The notes: generated by a model from the letters alone, not told the origin. A stretch of DNA of 64,000 bases from an uncultured Verrucomicrobiota bacterium (GCA_964389025.1 CAYMCQ010000006.1:2340-66339), one strand, 5' to 3'. Shown: positions 9,136-18,681, counted from the first letter of the stretch. Numbers and translations: made by a program.

Positions 9136-9188
9136 ATTCTTGTCAGGTTAACGGCAGAGAATCGGCAGGCTGCGCGCCAACTCATGCC

Positions 9189-10034
9189 TCAAGGTTTGCA
9201 TTCCGCCAGGAGCTGGCGCACGAAGCCGAGGGCGTCCGCCTGGGTGTCCACCTCCGCTCGACCGAACAGGAATTCGGCAACGCGCCTCGGCCCGATGCTC
9301 TCAGATTCCCGGAAATCCTCCCGCAAGTATGCCAACGCCTTCTTCGCGCTGGCGTCCGCAAGCAACGGACGGAGTTGCGCGGCCACGTCCGCGACGCCGC
9401 GCCCATAGTTCCGCAGCAGATAAAACAAATCGTAAGCGTCCTTGTTCTCACCCCGAATGTGGAAGGCCAGCGCCTTGAGCACCACGAACGCCCCCGCTCC
9501 ACAGACGCGGATGTCCCTCCGGGCGGTCTCTCCGGCGATGGTTCGTCCGTCCAGCGTCACGGTTTGATTGTTGGTGAACGCCAGATGCAAGCCGGGCGCG
9601 ATGATGGCCGCCCAATCTTTAGTGAGCGGGAACAAACGTCCCGCCTGTGCTTCAGCGCTTTTCTCCGGCTCGATCAAAAAATCCACCGTCACCGGCGGAT
9701 CGCTGATGCGCCAGCGTTGGCGTGTGGGCTGGCCCTCCTCGTTCTTGTCCATCTCGAATCCCGCCGCGCGCAAACGTTTCACCACGTCTTGGTAGCGCTG
9801 CTCTCCCACCAGCGCGAACGCCAGCCCCAGGTCAAGGTCGAGCGTGCCCACGTGGGCTGGCACGTTTGCCGGCAGATGCTCCTGATCAATCAGCAGTGAC
9901 GGCACGAGGCCGCCCACGACCACCAGTTCGTGCATCAAGTCGCCTAGCTTGGTGGCGAGATACAGGCATGTGGATTTCACCCGCGCGACCTGGTCGGGCG
10001 CGTAACCGGCGGCGGTCGTTGGTTTCTCAGGCAT
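9189..10034 (-). CDS. Nucleotidyltransferase, AbiEii-like toxin candidate
   Basis: Pol-beta motif VVVGGLVPSLL...HVGTLDLDLGL. 8-nt overlap with the upstream AbiEi-like gene. Confidence 0.55.
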   Translation of the reverse strand: MPEKPTTAAGYAPDQVARVKSTCLYLATKLGDLMHELVVVGGLVPSLLIDQEHLPANVPAHVGTLDLDLGLAFALVGEQRYQDVVKRLRAAGFEMDKNEEGQPTRQRWRISDPPVTVDFLIEPEKSAEAQAGRLFPLTKDWAAIIAPGLHLAFTNNQTVTLDGRTIAGETARRDIRVCGAGAFVVLKALAFHIRGENKDAYDLFYLLRNYGRGVADVAAQLRPLLADASAKKALAYLREDFRESESIGPRRVAEFLFGRAEVDTQADALGFVRQLLAECKP

Positions 10035-11124
10035 GGCTGCCCTTTCTCAGAATCTTCAGACGCAACTGCGCCGCCGCTTCCTCCGACCGTTCGGGATGGT
10101 TCTTCAAATCCAAATACACCTGCACGGGATGAACACAGCGGATTCCGTCGCGCTCCGCCGCGCCGTGAAACACGCCTTCGTCATTGGGCACGACCAGCCA
10201 GACGTTCTCGCCTTTTGGCTGCTCATGGAAACCCATCTCCTGCTGCGCTTCGGCGGACGGCATCTTCGCCACATAAAGAACGGCGAGCCGATAGCCGGCA
10301 AATGGGTTCAGCAACCACGCCCCCGCCAGCCCCGTGGCCGCGTGCTCGATCTTGTCGCGCTTCAATTGTCCGGCCAGTTGCCGCAGCACGTCCTCACTGG
10401 ACCGCGCCGCCACGTGACCCCGCACGACGTGATGTTTCGAGAAATCATAAGCCTCGCGCCATGCGTCCAGCAGCGCGTCATAGTAGGCGACCTTCACCGC
10501 GCCATCCGGCTCGCGTGCCACGAGGCGCTCTGCTTCCAGTTGCCGGACAATCCGGCTGGTGAAGCCTTCATCTAAACCGCTCGCCTTCGCCAGTTCCCGC
10601 TGGCTGAACGCACGCTCGGGCTCGATCAACAACCAACGCGCAATCCGCGCGCTTTTCGGCGCGAACACACTGCGCGGTCGGCCCGGGCGCTTGAACTGGT
10701 TCGGCTTCCCCTCGATGTTCACCCGCAGGCCCGCCCCAACCAGATGGGCATTGCCGGACAAGTCCATCCAGCACACGTCTGCTTCCTCGCACAGTTTCTG
10801 CCCGACCTCGCCGATGAAGGGCGCGGCCACGAGCGGGATGAGTTTCTTGCGGGATTTTTCGACAAACCGGCTGATGGACCGGACCGCCATGGCCACCGCC
10901 GACGCCTGGCCGGACGCCTTCCACTCCACGGCAAAGTGAAAATTCCCCGCCGACACCAGCAGATCCGCCCGGTTGTTCTCGTCGCCCGGAACAAACGGTT
11001 CGAGTTTCACCTTGACCCGGCTCATGGGCAGGGCCAGCAACTCCGCCAGCCGGCGCGGGATGTCCTCCACCATTCTCGAATTCAATTCTCGGCTCATGTT
11101 GTCCAAATACCAAAACTTGAGCAC
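10027..11124 (-). CDS. AbiEi-like antitoxin/transcriptional regulator with extra N-terminal nuclease-like module
   Basis: Central wHTH (SQRELAKASGLDEGFTSRIVRQLEAERLV). AbiEi-type C-terminal region (GIRCVHPVQVYLDLKNHPERSEEAA). N-terminus has DLLVS...FAVEWK (D..E.K). Confidence 0.55.
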   Translation of the reverse strand: MLKFWYLDNMSRELNSRMVEDIPRRLAELLALPMSRVKVKLEPFVPGDENNRADLLVSAGNFHFAVEWKASGQASAVAMAVRSISRFVEKSRKKLIPLVAAPFIGEVGQKLCEEADVCWMDLSGNAHLVGAGLRVNIEGKPNQFKRPGRPRSVFAPKSARIARWLLIEPERAFSQRELAKASGLDEGFTSRIVRQLEAERLVAREPDGAVKVAYYDALLDAWREAYDFSKHHVVRGHVAARSSEDVLRQLAGQLKRDKIEHAATGLAGAWLLNPFAGYRLAVLYVAKMPSAEAQQEMGFHEQPKGENVWLVVPNDEGVFHGAAERDGIRCVHPVQVYLDLKNHPERSEEAAAQLRLKILRKGSHA

Positions 11125-11224
11125 GCGGTCAAGGCAGCCTATTTAAGCAAGTTGTTGCTCTCTGCACCTCCGCTTTATCCCCCTGCCTCTGTTGGCAAAT
11201 CGGGCTGAGGCTTCTGTCTGCGTG

Positions 11225-11316
11225 GCGGGCGGGGAAGTTGAACGAGCGCGGTCGAGAGGGTGGCAGGGCCGACCGGCAGCCCGTGGAGCGCACCAAAACC
11301 GTGCGTTGGTTACGGT
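11225..11316 (+). repeat. Junction repeat, copy 2 (5'-truncated, ~92 nt)
   Basis: Shares gcggtcgagagggtggcagggccgaccggca.cccgtg...aaaaccgtgcgttggt.acgg with the 3' parts of copies 1 and 3. Confidence 0.75.
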
Positions 11317-11588
11317 GGACCAGCACGACAATTGTCTCCGCAGCGCAGAGACAATCAAATCCCGCTCCGCAAATTGTTCAGATAGTTGAACAACTTCATG
11401 TGCGCGAATGCTCTAAACAATTGCCGTTATCGTATGAATGCAAACGGAAATAATCAGTCATCGCCGACACCAGAGAAGGAGCGACTCGCCTAAGTCACCG
11501 ACCGTAGCCAATCTCTTGTCGCCATGCGCATAAACAACTGAACGGTTTCGACTTGCCAGACACACCCTGATCGCCAAGCTCTTTCGTC

Positions 11589-12728
11589 ATGGCGACACGC
11601 GCGATAAAGGTTGAGGTGAGCCCGATGCCTCCTTTTCTTTCCGTCAGTATGGATCTGGAGGTCGACCGGTTTTTCAAAGGGATTTTCGCGAAATCTGCCG
11701 CTTTGCAGATCGCTCCTCAACTCTTTGCCTCAACCTTGAAGGCAATCCTGGAAGACCAATTCACCGACGGCAATGCGGCAGGTGCTTGGTCTCGGCAATA
11801 TTCGGGTTACATTCGGTTTTTCTATGATGGATCACTTCCGATTGACGTGGCCGTCCGCGACACGATCAGTTACTCAGCGTGGATCGCTACATCGCTCTGC
11901 AATTGCAGAAGGCATTTTTCCGAAAGTGATCTGACCTCGGCTGTTGCTCCACGCCTGACTGCCTTTCGTGATTATCTTCATCGCCATTTTGACAAGGAAT
12001 CTGGTGGGTTTGGGCTCGTAGGCCCCGCCAGAACGCGGGGACCTGGTCATATACAAGCGGATTTGAGGCACACTGCTTGGGCTATGCTTGCATTGCGGAA
12101 CCTCGAAGCCAACGATCAACACTCCATGGAAATGTTGACCCGAGGTGCTGAGTACGTGAGGAGGGCACTTTCTGCCGGAAAGGCGACGAACGAGAGAGCC
12201 ATCACGGCTGCGGCTGTACATAAGCTGCTCTCAACTGAGGAACTCAAGAATCTGGTGTGCCCGTCAGAGCGAACGCGCCACGCAGACTTGAAGCGCATCG
12301 AGGCCAAGCTCGTCGAAGATTTCGACAAGGAATTCGTTACTTGGGATAGCCGATTTGACCGGCCAGATAGGGCATCAATTGACAACGCCCTGTATGTCTT
12401 GTACTGCATTCCAGCAAATGGTTGTGTGGATGCACAGTGTTCGAAGATCCTGCTCCAGACATTGCACCACCTAATAGAGAATGCACTTGTAGACACTGGC
12501 TCCGGTTCGGCGGGATTACCATTCGCCAGAGGTCGCGAACCCAATGTCGGCACAACAGCTTTTGTTTTATCGTTATTATTGCGTGACCGGGCGTCGATCA
12601 AACCTAGTCGCAAGCTCTTGGGCCGACTCACTAGGTTCCTGAACACCCCCGAGACGCAGACTCCCGCGGTAGAGGTCGGCTTTCCATGGCAGAGGGCAGC
12701 GATCCTGGACTTAGCGGCCGGAGGTTAG
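11589..12728 (+). CDS. Prenyltransferase/squalene-cyclase-repeat (alpha/alpha-toroid) protein
   Basis: KESGGFGLVG and RHTAWAMLALRNLE are typical toroid-repeat signatures. An alternative start at 11625 follows the SD-like GAGGTGAG. Confidence 0.5.
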   Translation: MATRAIKVEVSPMPPFLSVSMDLEVDRFFKGIFAKSAALQIAPQLFASTLKAILEDQFTDGNAAGAWSRQYSGYIRFFYDGSLPIDVAVRDTISYSAWIATSLCNCRRHFSESDLTSAVAPRLTAFRDYLHRHFDKESGGFGLVGPARTRGPGHIQADLRHTAWAMLALRNLEANDQHSMEMLTRGAEYVRRALSAGKATNERAITAAAVHKLLSTEELKNLVCPSERTRHADLKRIEAKLVEDFDKEFVTWDSRFDRPDRASIDNALYVLYCIPANGCVDAQCSKILLQTLHHLIENALVDTGSGSAGLPFARGREPNVGTTAFVLSLLLRDRASIKPSRKLLGRLTRFLNTPETQTPAVEVGFPWQRAAILDLAAGG

Positions 12729-12791
12729 CCAATTGTAAACAACGGATACCGAGTCGTGTGGCGAAGGTTGCGACAGGGCTTTGGCGACCTC

Positions 12792-13847
12792 TTACTTGGC
12801 CGCTTTTACTGCTTGCCAGGCTTTATCGTACAGGTCCAACGCGCTTCCCAAGTTTTGTATCTGCTCAAGTTTACTCGTGTCGTTAGCCGTCTGTAGTTGG
12901 TCCCAGAGCGCCTTGGTGTCGTCAGGCACGAGATCCTTGGCCCTGGTGTTGGGAAGGGCATACTTAATTGTTTCCGCAATGTCAGCGGCGACAGCGGGGT
13001 CTAGGACGTGATTGATAAACTGGTTTGCGAGGGCCGCGTTGGCCGCATTCGTCGGAATGCACATGTAGTCAACGTACATTAAAGTGCCCTCCTTCGGTAC
13101 CATGAAGCGGATGTTCTTATTGCGCTTGGCGGCCTGGAGTATGTCTCCCGACCACGCGTATGCGAGCTTCACTTCACCACTGCCCAGCAGTTGCGGAATG
13201 TTCGAACTTGTATAGACGTGAACCAGTTCCTTTTGTGCAAGCAATGTGTCTCTGGCCTCGGCAAGTTCGGCCGCGTTGGTGGAGTTTGCGGAGTATCCTT
13301 TTGCTTTGAGTGCCATTCCTAAGGAGGCACGCATGTCGTCGAGCATGAGGATTTTGCCCTTGAACCGAGGGTCAAAGAGTATTGCGAAGGATCGTACGTC
13401 GTCATCTGAGATTACGGTTGAGTCGTAGCCGATTCCCGTAGTTGACCACGTGTAGGGTACGCACAGATTTAACTCCTTATCGAAGCTCGGATGGGCAAAC
13501 TCAGCCATCAGATTGGTCAGGTTGGGGAGAGCTGCATGGTCAATTGGGCGTAGCAACCCCTTTGCGCGCAGTATCTCCACAGCGTACGACGACGGGAAAA
13601 CCAGGTCATACTGCGCTCCGCCACTTTCTAATTTTGCGATCAGGTCTTCGTTGGAGGAATAATTATCATAGATCACTTTTGCCGCATTGTTCGCCCGGAA
13701 GGATTCGATGGTTTTAGAACCGATGTAGTCGGTCCAGTTGAAGATGCGGAGCGTGTCTTGTTGGGGCGAGCGCCCGCAACCGGCGAGCAGCAGTGCAACG
13801 AGAAGGATAGGCTTAAGTATTTTCATGAACGATTCGCGGTTTTCCAA
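12792..13847 (-). CDS. potD: Spermidine/putrescine ABC transporter substrate-binding lipoprotein
   Basis: Lipobox LLLAGCG and PotD/PotF-like sequence throughout. Last gene of the pot operon. Confidence 0.8.
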   Translation of the reverse strand: MENRESFMKILKPILLVALLLAGCGRSPQQDTLRIFNWTDYIGSKTIESFRANNAAKVIYDNYSSNEDLIAKLESGGAQYDLVFPSSYAVEILRAKGLLRPIDHAALPNLTNLMAEFAHPSFDKELNLCVPYTWSTTGIGYDSTVISDDDVRSFAILFDPRFKGKILMLDDMRASLGMALKAKGYSANSTNAAELAEARDTLLAQKELVHVYTSSNIPQLLGSGEVKLAYAWSGDILQAAKRNKNIRFMVPKEGTLMYVDYMCIPTNAANAALANQFINHVLDPAVAADIAETIKYALPNTRAKDLVPDDTKALWDQLQTANDTSKLEQIQNLGSALDLYDKAWQAVKAAK

Positions 13848-14605
13848 AAGGTTTCCGAAGTCCAGAACAGCAGCAAGACAATTACGGCGAGTCCCACATA
13901 GATAACGTTAATGCTCGAATTGACGCCGAACTTTACCATCCCGTAAATCTTAACTGAGAGCGTGGTTGTTGACGCGCCGCCGCAGAAAAATGCATAAACA
14001 AAGTCTTGGGCGCTCATCGCAGCCACAATGCTTGTCCCGGCGAGCGCTGGTGCGACCGCCAAGGGCAAAAAGTGGTCGCGCACGGCGCGGAATGGAGAGG
14101 CGCCGAGACTTTCCGCAGCGGTCAAATACTGATCGAAGTCGATGGATTTCATCCTGATGGCAACAAACAGGGCAATGTATGCGATGCCAAAGGTGCTGTG
14201 AGAGATTGCGATTGTAAAGACGCCTTTCTGAATCCCAAAGGTCTTGTATGAGAGTGCCTGGGCGAGAGCCATTATCAGATCGGGCGCAAGAACAGGCAGG
14301 AACAAACAGCTAAGCAGCGCGGTGAAGAGTCGGTTCTTTGACAACGCGACGCAGTAGCCGGACAGCATCCCAATCGTAAGGGATATCAGAGAGGATAAGA
14401 CAACGACTCGAGACGTGTTCCACAGGGCCGTCAATATCCCTTCATCAGACCAAACCTCGTGGTACCATCGAAGTGAAAAGGACTCCCAGATCATGCCTCT
14501 GCTTGCGGAGTTAAAGGAAAAAACGATCACGAGCAATACGGGTAGGTAGAGAAGCGTGATTGCGACGCCACCAGTCAGAATTAGAATTAGACGGTTCCGT
14601 TGCAT
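13823..14605 (-). CDS. potC: Spermidine/putrescine ABC transporter permease
   Basis: Multi-TM BPD-type permease that overlaps potD. Confidence 0.8.
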   Translation of the reverse strand: MQRNRLILILTGGVAITLLYLPVLLVIVFSFNSASRGMIWESFSLRWYHEVWSDEGILTALWNTSRVVVLSSLISLTIGMLSGYCVALSKNRLFTALLSCLFLPVLAPDLIMALAQALSYKTFGIQKGVFTIAISHSTFGIAYIALFVAIRMKSIDFDQYLTAAESLGASPFRAVRDHFLPLAVAPALAGTSIVAAMSAQDFVYAFFCGGASTTTLSVKIYGMVKFGVNSSINVIYVGLAVIVLLLFWTSETFWKTANRS

Positions 14606-14609
14606 CGCG

Positions 14610-15488
14610 TCAACGTGCGAAGATTCCTTTAGCGAGTCTGCTAAGAGGCAAGAGTGCGAGGCTGCCGAGACATAGAATTGTGATCGCGAGAGCTGCCCCC
14701 ATTGGCCAATTTCGGCCTTCGTAAAAACTGAACTGGATCAGGGTACCAGCCAGCATGTGCTTACCGCCTCCTAGCAGATCGGGGATTACGAACTCGGAGA
14801 ATGATGGGATGAACACCATCAAAGCTCCTGTCATCCAGCCCGGGCGTGTCATAGGCAGGATGATCCGTCGAACCGTGTAAAGCTCTCCGGCGCCCAGTGC
14901 TGATGAAGCGATGAGAAAGCGGTCATCGAGCCGCTCGAGCGCTGTGAGAAACGCGAGCAGGAAGAATGGAAGGTAAGCCCCTACAAGTCCGATTATGACT
15001 GCACCTGGACTAAACAGGAGCGGGATGGGCTGCGAGATCATGCCTGCTTTCAAGAGAATGCCGTTGAGCACGCCGGCATTACCCAAAAGCACTTGCCAGT
15101 TGTAGGTTACCATTAAGGCGTTGAGCCCCAATGGAAACAACATTGCCACCATCGCCGCCCGCCGAAACGCAGGTGCGCACCTTCGGATCGAAACGGAAAG
15201 GGGAATGCCGATGGCCATGCATATGGCCGTTGTAATTGCGGCATAGCAAAGTGAGCGCACCACCACGACGGTTGTGGCTGCGGTAAGTAAATCCCTCCAT
15301 CCCTGTAAGCTCCACGTCGGAACTGTTCCCCCAAGAAAGTCACGTTGCCTGAACGATGTAAACAGCACTGTGAGGAGCGGAACGCAAAGCAGGCTGAAGA
15401 CATAGATGCCAAACCCAGCGATGGCGATGTTGAACAGCAGCCGTTCCTGCCAAGAAGTGAGGCGATGGCGTTGCTGCTGTGGGTTCAT
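14610..15488 (-). CDS. potB: Spermidine/putrescine ABC transporter permease
   Basis: Multi-TM permease. Start chosen at MNPQQ, which gives an ATGA overlap with the potA stop (the ORF track extends to 15539). Confidence 0.8.
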   Translation of the reverse strand: MNPQQQRHRLTSWQERLLFNIAIAGFGIYVFSLLCVPLLTVLFTSFRQRDFLGGTVPTWSLQGWRDLLTAATTVVVVRSLCYAAITTAICMAIGIPLSVSIRRCAPAFRRAAMVAMLFPLGLNALMVTYNWQVLLGNAGVLNGILLKAGMISQPIPLLFSPGAVIIGLVGAYLPFFLLAFLTALERLDDRFLIASSALGAGELYTVRRIILPMTRPGWMTGALMVFIPSFSEFVIPDLLGGGKHMLAGTLIQFSFYEGRNWPMGAALAITILCLGSLALLPLSRLAKGIFAR

Positions 15489-15490
15489 AG

Positions 15491-16585
15491 TCAGTTCTGC
15501 AAGACGCAGACATCGCTGGCGGAAACGTAAAGCGTACATGGATCGCCAACCCTGAGTGTTGTGTTATTGCGCGAATCTGTGGTGAGGAACACGTCATCGA
15601 GACACCGCACCGTAAGCTTTGTAAGCACTCCGGCGAATTCAACGGCTTCAACCTTGCCGTGGAGGGAGACGGAGGGAGAATCCTCCGGCTTATCAAATTT
15701 GAGGGATTCTGGACGTAAGGCGAGGTACTTAACATTTTGTGTTCTGTTTGAAGGCAACTGAAGCCAGTTGCCGCCTTCGGTCTTAGCTTTGTCACCATTG
15801 AGAGCGACGACCGGCAGCAGATTTGTATCTCCAACCAGGGTGGCAACAAACCGGGAAACCGGTTTCCGATAGATTTCGACCGGAGAGGCGACTTGGACGA
15901 TCTCGCCATCATTCATAACGGCAATGCGAGAATGGAAGCGTGCCGTCATTGAGAATGCTTCCTCGACGTCGTGGGTAACGTAAATTGTCGTGACGCCTGC
16001 TCTGTGGATCAAATTGCCCACAAGGTCGCAAATGGATGACCTTAGAGGACGGTCCAAGCCTGCGGTCATTTCATCCAAAAGCAGGACTGGTTGTGGATCA
16101 GCTAAAGCGCGAGCCACAGAAACGCGTTGGGTTTCGCCGCCCGAGAGTTCTAGCGGCTTGCGTTTGTCGAAACCAGCGAGGCCGACTTGGGAGAGAAGAG
16201 CGATTGCGTGGCTGAGGGCTTCCGAGCGGGCGACGCCCTTGACGTTGAGCGCGTATGCAACGTTTTCAGCCACTGTCAGGTGTGGAAAGAGGAAACCTCC
16301 TTTCTGAAAGCAGGTCCGTACCGGCCTGCGATAGGCGGGAAGGTTGGTCACGTCCTCTTCGCCAAACAGTACCCTCCCTGTGTCCTGGCGGACCCAACCA
16401 CCGGCAAGGCCGAGAAGTGTGGACTTGCCACAGCCCGAGGGACCCAACAAGCAAATGAATTCACATGGCTTGACGGAGAGGTTGATCGTCTGAATGCAAA
16501 AATGGGGATTAAGCACCTTGCTAACGTTTTCGAATGTGATGGAAAGACCGGACATTGTAGGAAGCCTCGACCTTGGGATGGTCAC
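15491..16585 (-). CDS. potA: Spermidine/putrescine ABC transporter ATPase
   Basis: Walker A GPSGCGKST, signature LSGGETQR, Walker B LLLDE and a C-terminal TOBE-like region. Confidence 0.9.
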   Translation of the reverse strand: MTIPRSRLPTMSGLSITFENVSKVLNPHFCIQTINLSVKPCEFICLLGPSGCGKSTLLGLAGGWVRQDTGRVLFGEEDVTNLPAYRRPVRTCFQKGGFLFPHLTVAENVAYALNVKGVARSEALSHAIALLSQVGLAGFDKRKPLELSGGETQRVSVARALADPQPVLLLDEMTAGLDRPLRSSICDLVGNLIHRAGVTTIYVTHDVEEAFSMTARFHSRIAVMNDGEIVQVASPVEIYRKPVSRFVATLVGDTNLLPVVALNGDKAKTEGGNWLQLPSNRTQNVKYLALRPESLKFDKPEDSPSVSLHGKVEAVEFAGVLTKLTVRCLDDVFLTTDSRNNTTLRVGDPCTLYVSASDVCVLQN

Positions 16586-17520
16586 CGTGGTGGGTATTTT
16601 TTGCCGAGTGCCTGGAGTTGGCTGTTTATTGCATCCACGATTTTCTTTCCGTCTTGCTTGCCGGCTGCGAGAATGTCCAAGTTCCAGCTACCGATCTCTC
16701 TTGGCCAATAGGCCAAGCAGCGCGTTCTGTTGGGGTCAGCGAAGCGATAAATTGCCAAGCCATATCCAACACTATGCGGGAACTCCCTGTCAGGGATGAA
16801 ATGGACCTTGAACTGCGACTGCACCCTCCCTTTGGGGTCGGAGCAGGATAGCTTGGAAAGCCCGAGCTCTAATCTGGCGCGTAGATTAGCAAGTGCTCCC
16901 TCGTTTGGGGATGTCTCCAAAACAAAGTAGTCGTAAACAGGACCGGTTGATTTAAAGAGATTTTGGATGATAACGGCTTCGTATTGAGGCTGCTGTTCAT
17001 AAAAGAAATCTGGCGCGAGCACACTGATGCCGGAATCAGTAGCTGCCTCAAGCTGCAGAATCTGCTCGTCGTTGTAGAGCCAGTCGTGTGTGTTCTTCAC
17101 GAGTACGTGGAACTGACGCTCCTGATCCGCCAAGCTTCCTCGGACTCGGTCGCGCTCGGCTTCAAAAGCGGAGCGCTCGGCCTGTAGCTTCCTGATTTCC
17201 AGGAGTGAAGTTTCGTGCGCCGTTTTGAGTTCAGCGAGTGCGTGACCCCACTTTTGCTTTTCGTGGAACTTGATGTACTCCTTGACCAGAAAGCCGGCAA
17301 TAGATGCCGCGATTGCTACTGCGAGGAGCCAACAGACGAGCGAACCAGCGAACTCCCCCCAGTGGCCCTCGATCGCGTGGGATATGAGCCAATGTTCCAC
17401 CGCAACGAAAGCGATAAATGCTAAGAGCACCAGGCATGAGCTAAAAAGTGCAAGTGGCTTCTTCCCAGAAAAGAATTGCAAAAACTGCTGGCCCGTTTCG
17501 TTACTATTGTCGTGGTTCAT
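16582..17520 (-). CDS. Membrane-anchored coiled-coil protein, unknown function
   Basis: Two N-terminal TM segments, a coiled coil (LLEIRKLQAERSAFEAERDRV) and a globular C-terminal domain. 4-nt overlap with potA. Confidence 0.55.
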   Translation of the reverse strand: MNHDNSNETGQQFLQFFSGKKPLALFSSCLVLLAFIAFVAVEHWLISHAIEGHWGEFAGSLVCWLLAVAIAASIAGFLVKEYIKFHEKQKWGHALAELKTAHETSLLEIRKLQAERSAFEAERDRVRGSLADQERQFHVLVKNTHDWLYNDEQILQLEAATDSGISVLAPDFFYEQQPQYEAVIIQNLFKSTGPVYDYFVLETSPNEGALANLRARLELGLSKLSCSDPKGRVQSQFKVHFIPDREFPHSVGYGLAIYRFADPNRTRCLAYWPREIGSWNLDILAAGKQDGKKIVDAINSQLQALGKKYPPR

Positions 17521-18100
17521 TTTTGTTATCTCCAGCTTTTGAGCCGTTCTGATACTGTTGAAGCGGCAATGTGTTGAAATCGCGGTAGACCAGCTTGACG
17601 AAGGTCTGACGAAGATCTGCCGGGATTTCGTTCAGGCTGTTCCGGGCAGCATCGCAGAATTTCTTTTCGAGGTGGGCGTTCTCCGCGGCTGGGCAGTCGG
17701 CGTCTACCAGATAGCCACCGAGAGGGTTGGCGGTTTTGTCCATGGTCAATGGCCAGGAGCGGCAATCCGTTGGGCGAATGTCGTAGATGCCGCAGAGTCG
17801 GTCTGGTGTGAGAAATGGACAAGGGCGTCCCTTTTCCTTCTTGACCGTGAAAAGACCGGCTTCCTCTTGTTGGAGTAAATCAGCCCTCCCTGTCCTGGCG
17901 ATGATCTTCTCGGCTTCTTGGGGAAGGACTACTATGGTCATCGCCCGAAAACAGCAGTGCTTGGTTGTCGGACAAATTTTGCAGAAGGAGTAAAGACTGT
18001 TCGGATCGTGTTTAGCGACCTCCTCTGGAGTTTCTGGTCTGGGCGCGGTCGGCGGGGCTACGGCAGTGTTGCTAAAGGATGAATGTTGATCTAGGGCCAT
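17504..18100 (-). CDS. YkgJ-family Cys-cluster (CxxCxxCC, PF03692-like) protein
   Basis: CKICPTTKHCC and CPFL...LCGIYDIRPTDCRSWP. Start set at MALDQ (18100); the ORF-track extension to 18394 runs into repeat copy 3. Confidence 0.6.
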   Translation of the reverse strand: MALDQHSSFSNTAVAPPTAPRPETPEEVAKHDPNSLYSFCKICPTTKHCCFRAMTIVVLPQEAEKIIARTGRADLLQQEEAGLFTVKKEKGRPCPFLTPDRLCGIYDIRPTDCRSWPLTMDKTANPLGGYLVDADCPAAENAHLEKKFCDAARNSLNEIPADLRQTFVKLVYRDFNTLPLQQYQNGSKAGDNKNEPRQ

Positions 18101-18277
18101 TTTTGGAATTGGATGATACCGATGTATGGGTGTTTCGTAAAGCGCCGTAAGCTTGCTTGTGATTGCTTGTGCGATCTGACATCGCGGTGCAACAATATTC
18201 AGTTTTCCAATTTGGACTTTGGTTGCACTGGCAACACTTTGCTTCGCACGATACGAAAGACAAGAATCGCTTCGGTC

Positions 18278-18516
18278 TGCGGTCGGCGAGCGCGGAGAAT
18301 GGAGCGGAAGGCGGAGAGAGCGCATAGCGGAACGCATCTGCAGCGCAACGTTCGCCGCCGAGCCGCAGACGGAAGCGTGCCGCGCTTGCGGCACAATGCG
18401 GATGCTCGCTCGTGACGAGCGCGCGGTTTGCGGAGTGGAACGAATGCGGTCGAGAGGGGGGACGGGGCCGAGCCAGCAATCCGTGAAACGCAGTCAAACC
18501 GTGCGTTGGTCACGGC
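18278..18516 (+). repeat. Junction repeat, copy 3 (full length, ~239 nt)
   Basis: Collinear with copy 1; see 8128..8367. Confidence 0.8.
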
Positions 18517-18681
18517 GGTGGAGCGATTCAAGCAGCCAAGCAGAATTGACAGCCCTCGTGGCTGGCGTAGCCTGACGACAAGTTCGGGTGGCGGTACGTT
18601 TTTTCAGCGGGGTTCCCCACCCCCACCTCCTTGGCGTCCGCCGCCCGGACTTTCAGTTTCCGATTCGTCCGGTTGACTGCC

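Noticed and set aside
17504-18394. Full 296-aa ORF for the YkgJ-like gene
   Set aside because: The first 98 codons run through non-coding DNA and repeat copy 3 (Arg/Ser-rich). The conserved Cys-cluster protein starts plausibly at MALDQ (18100).
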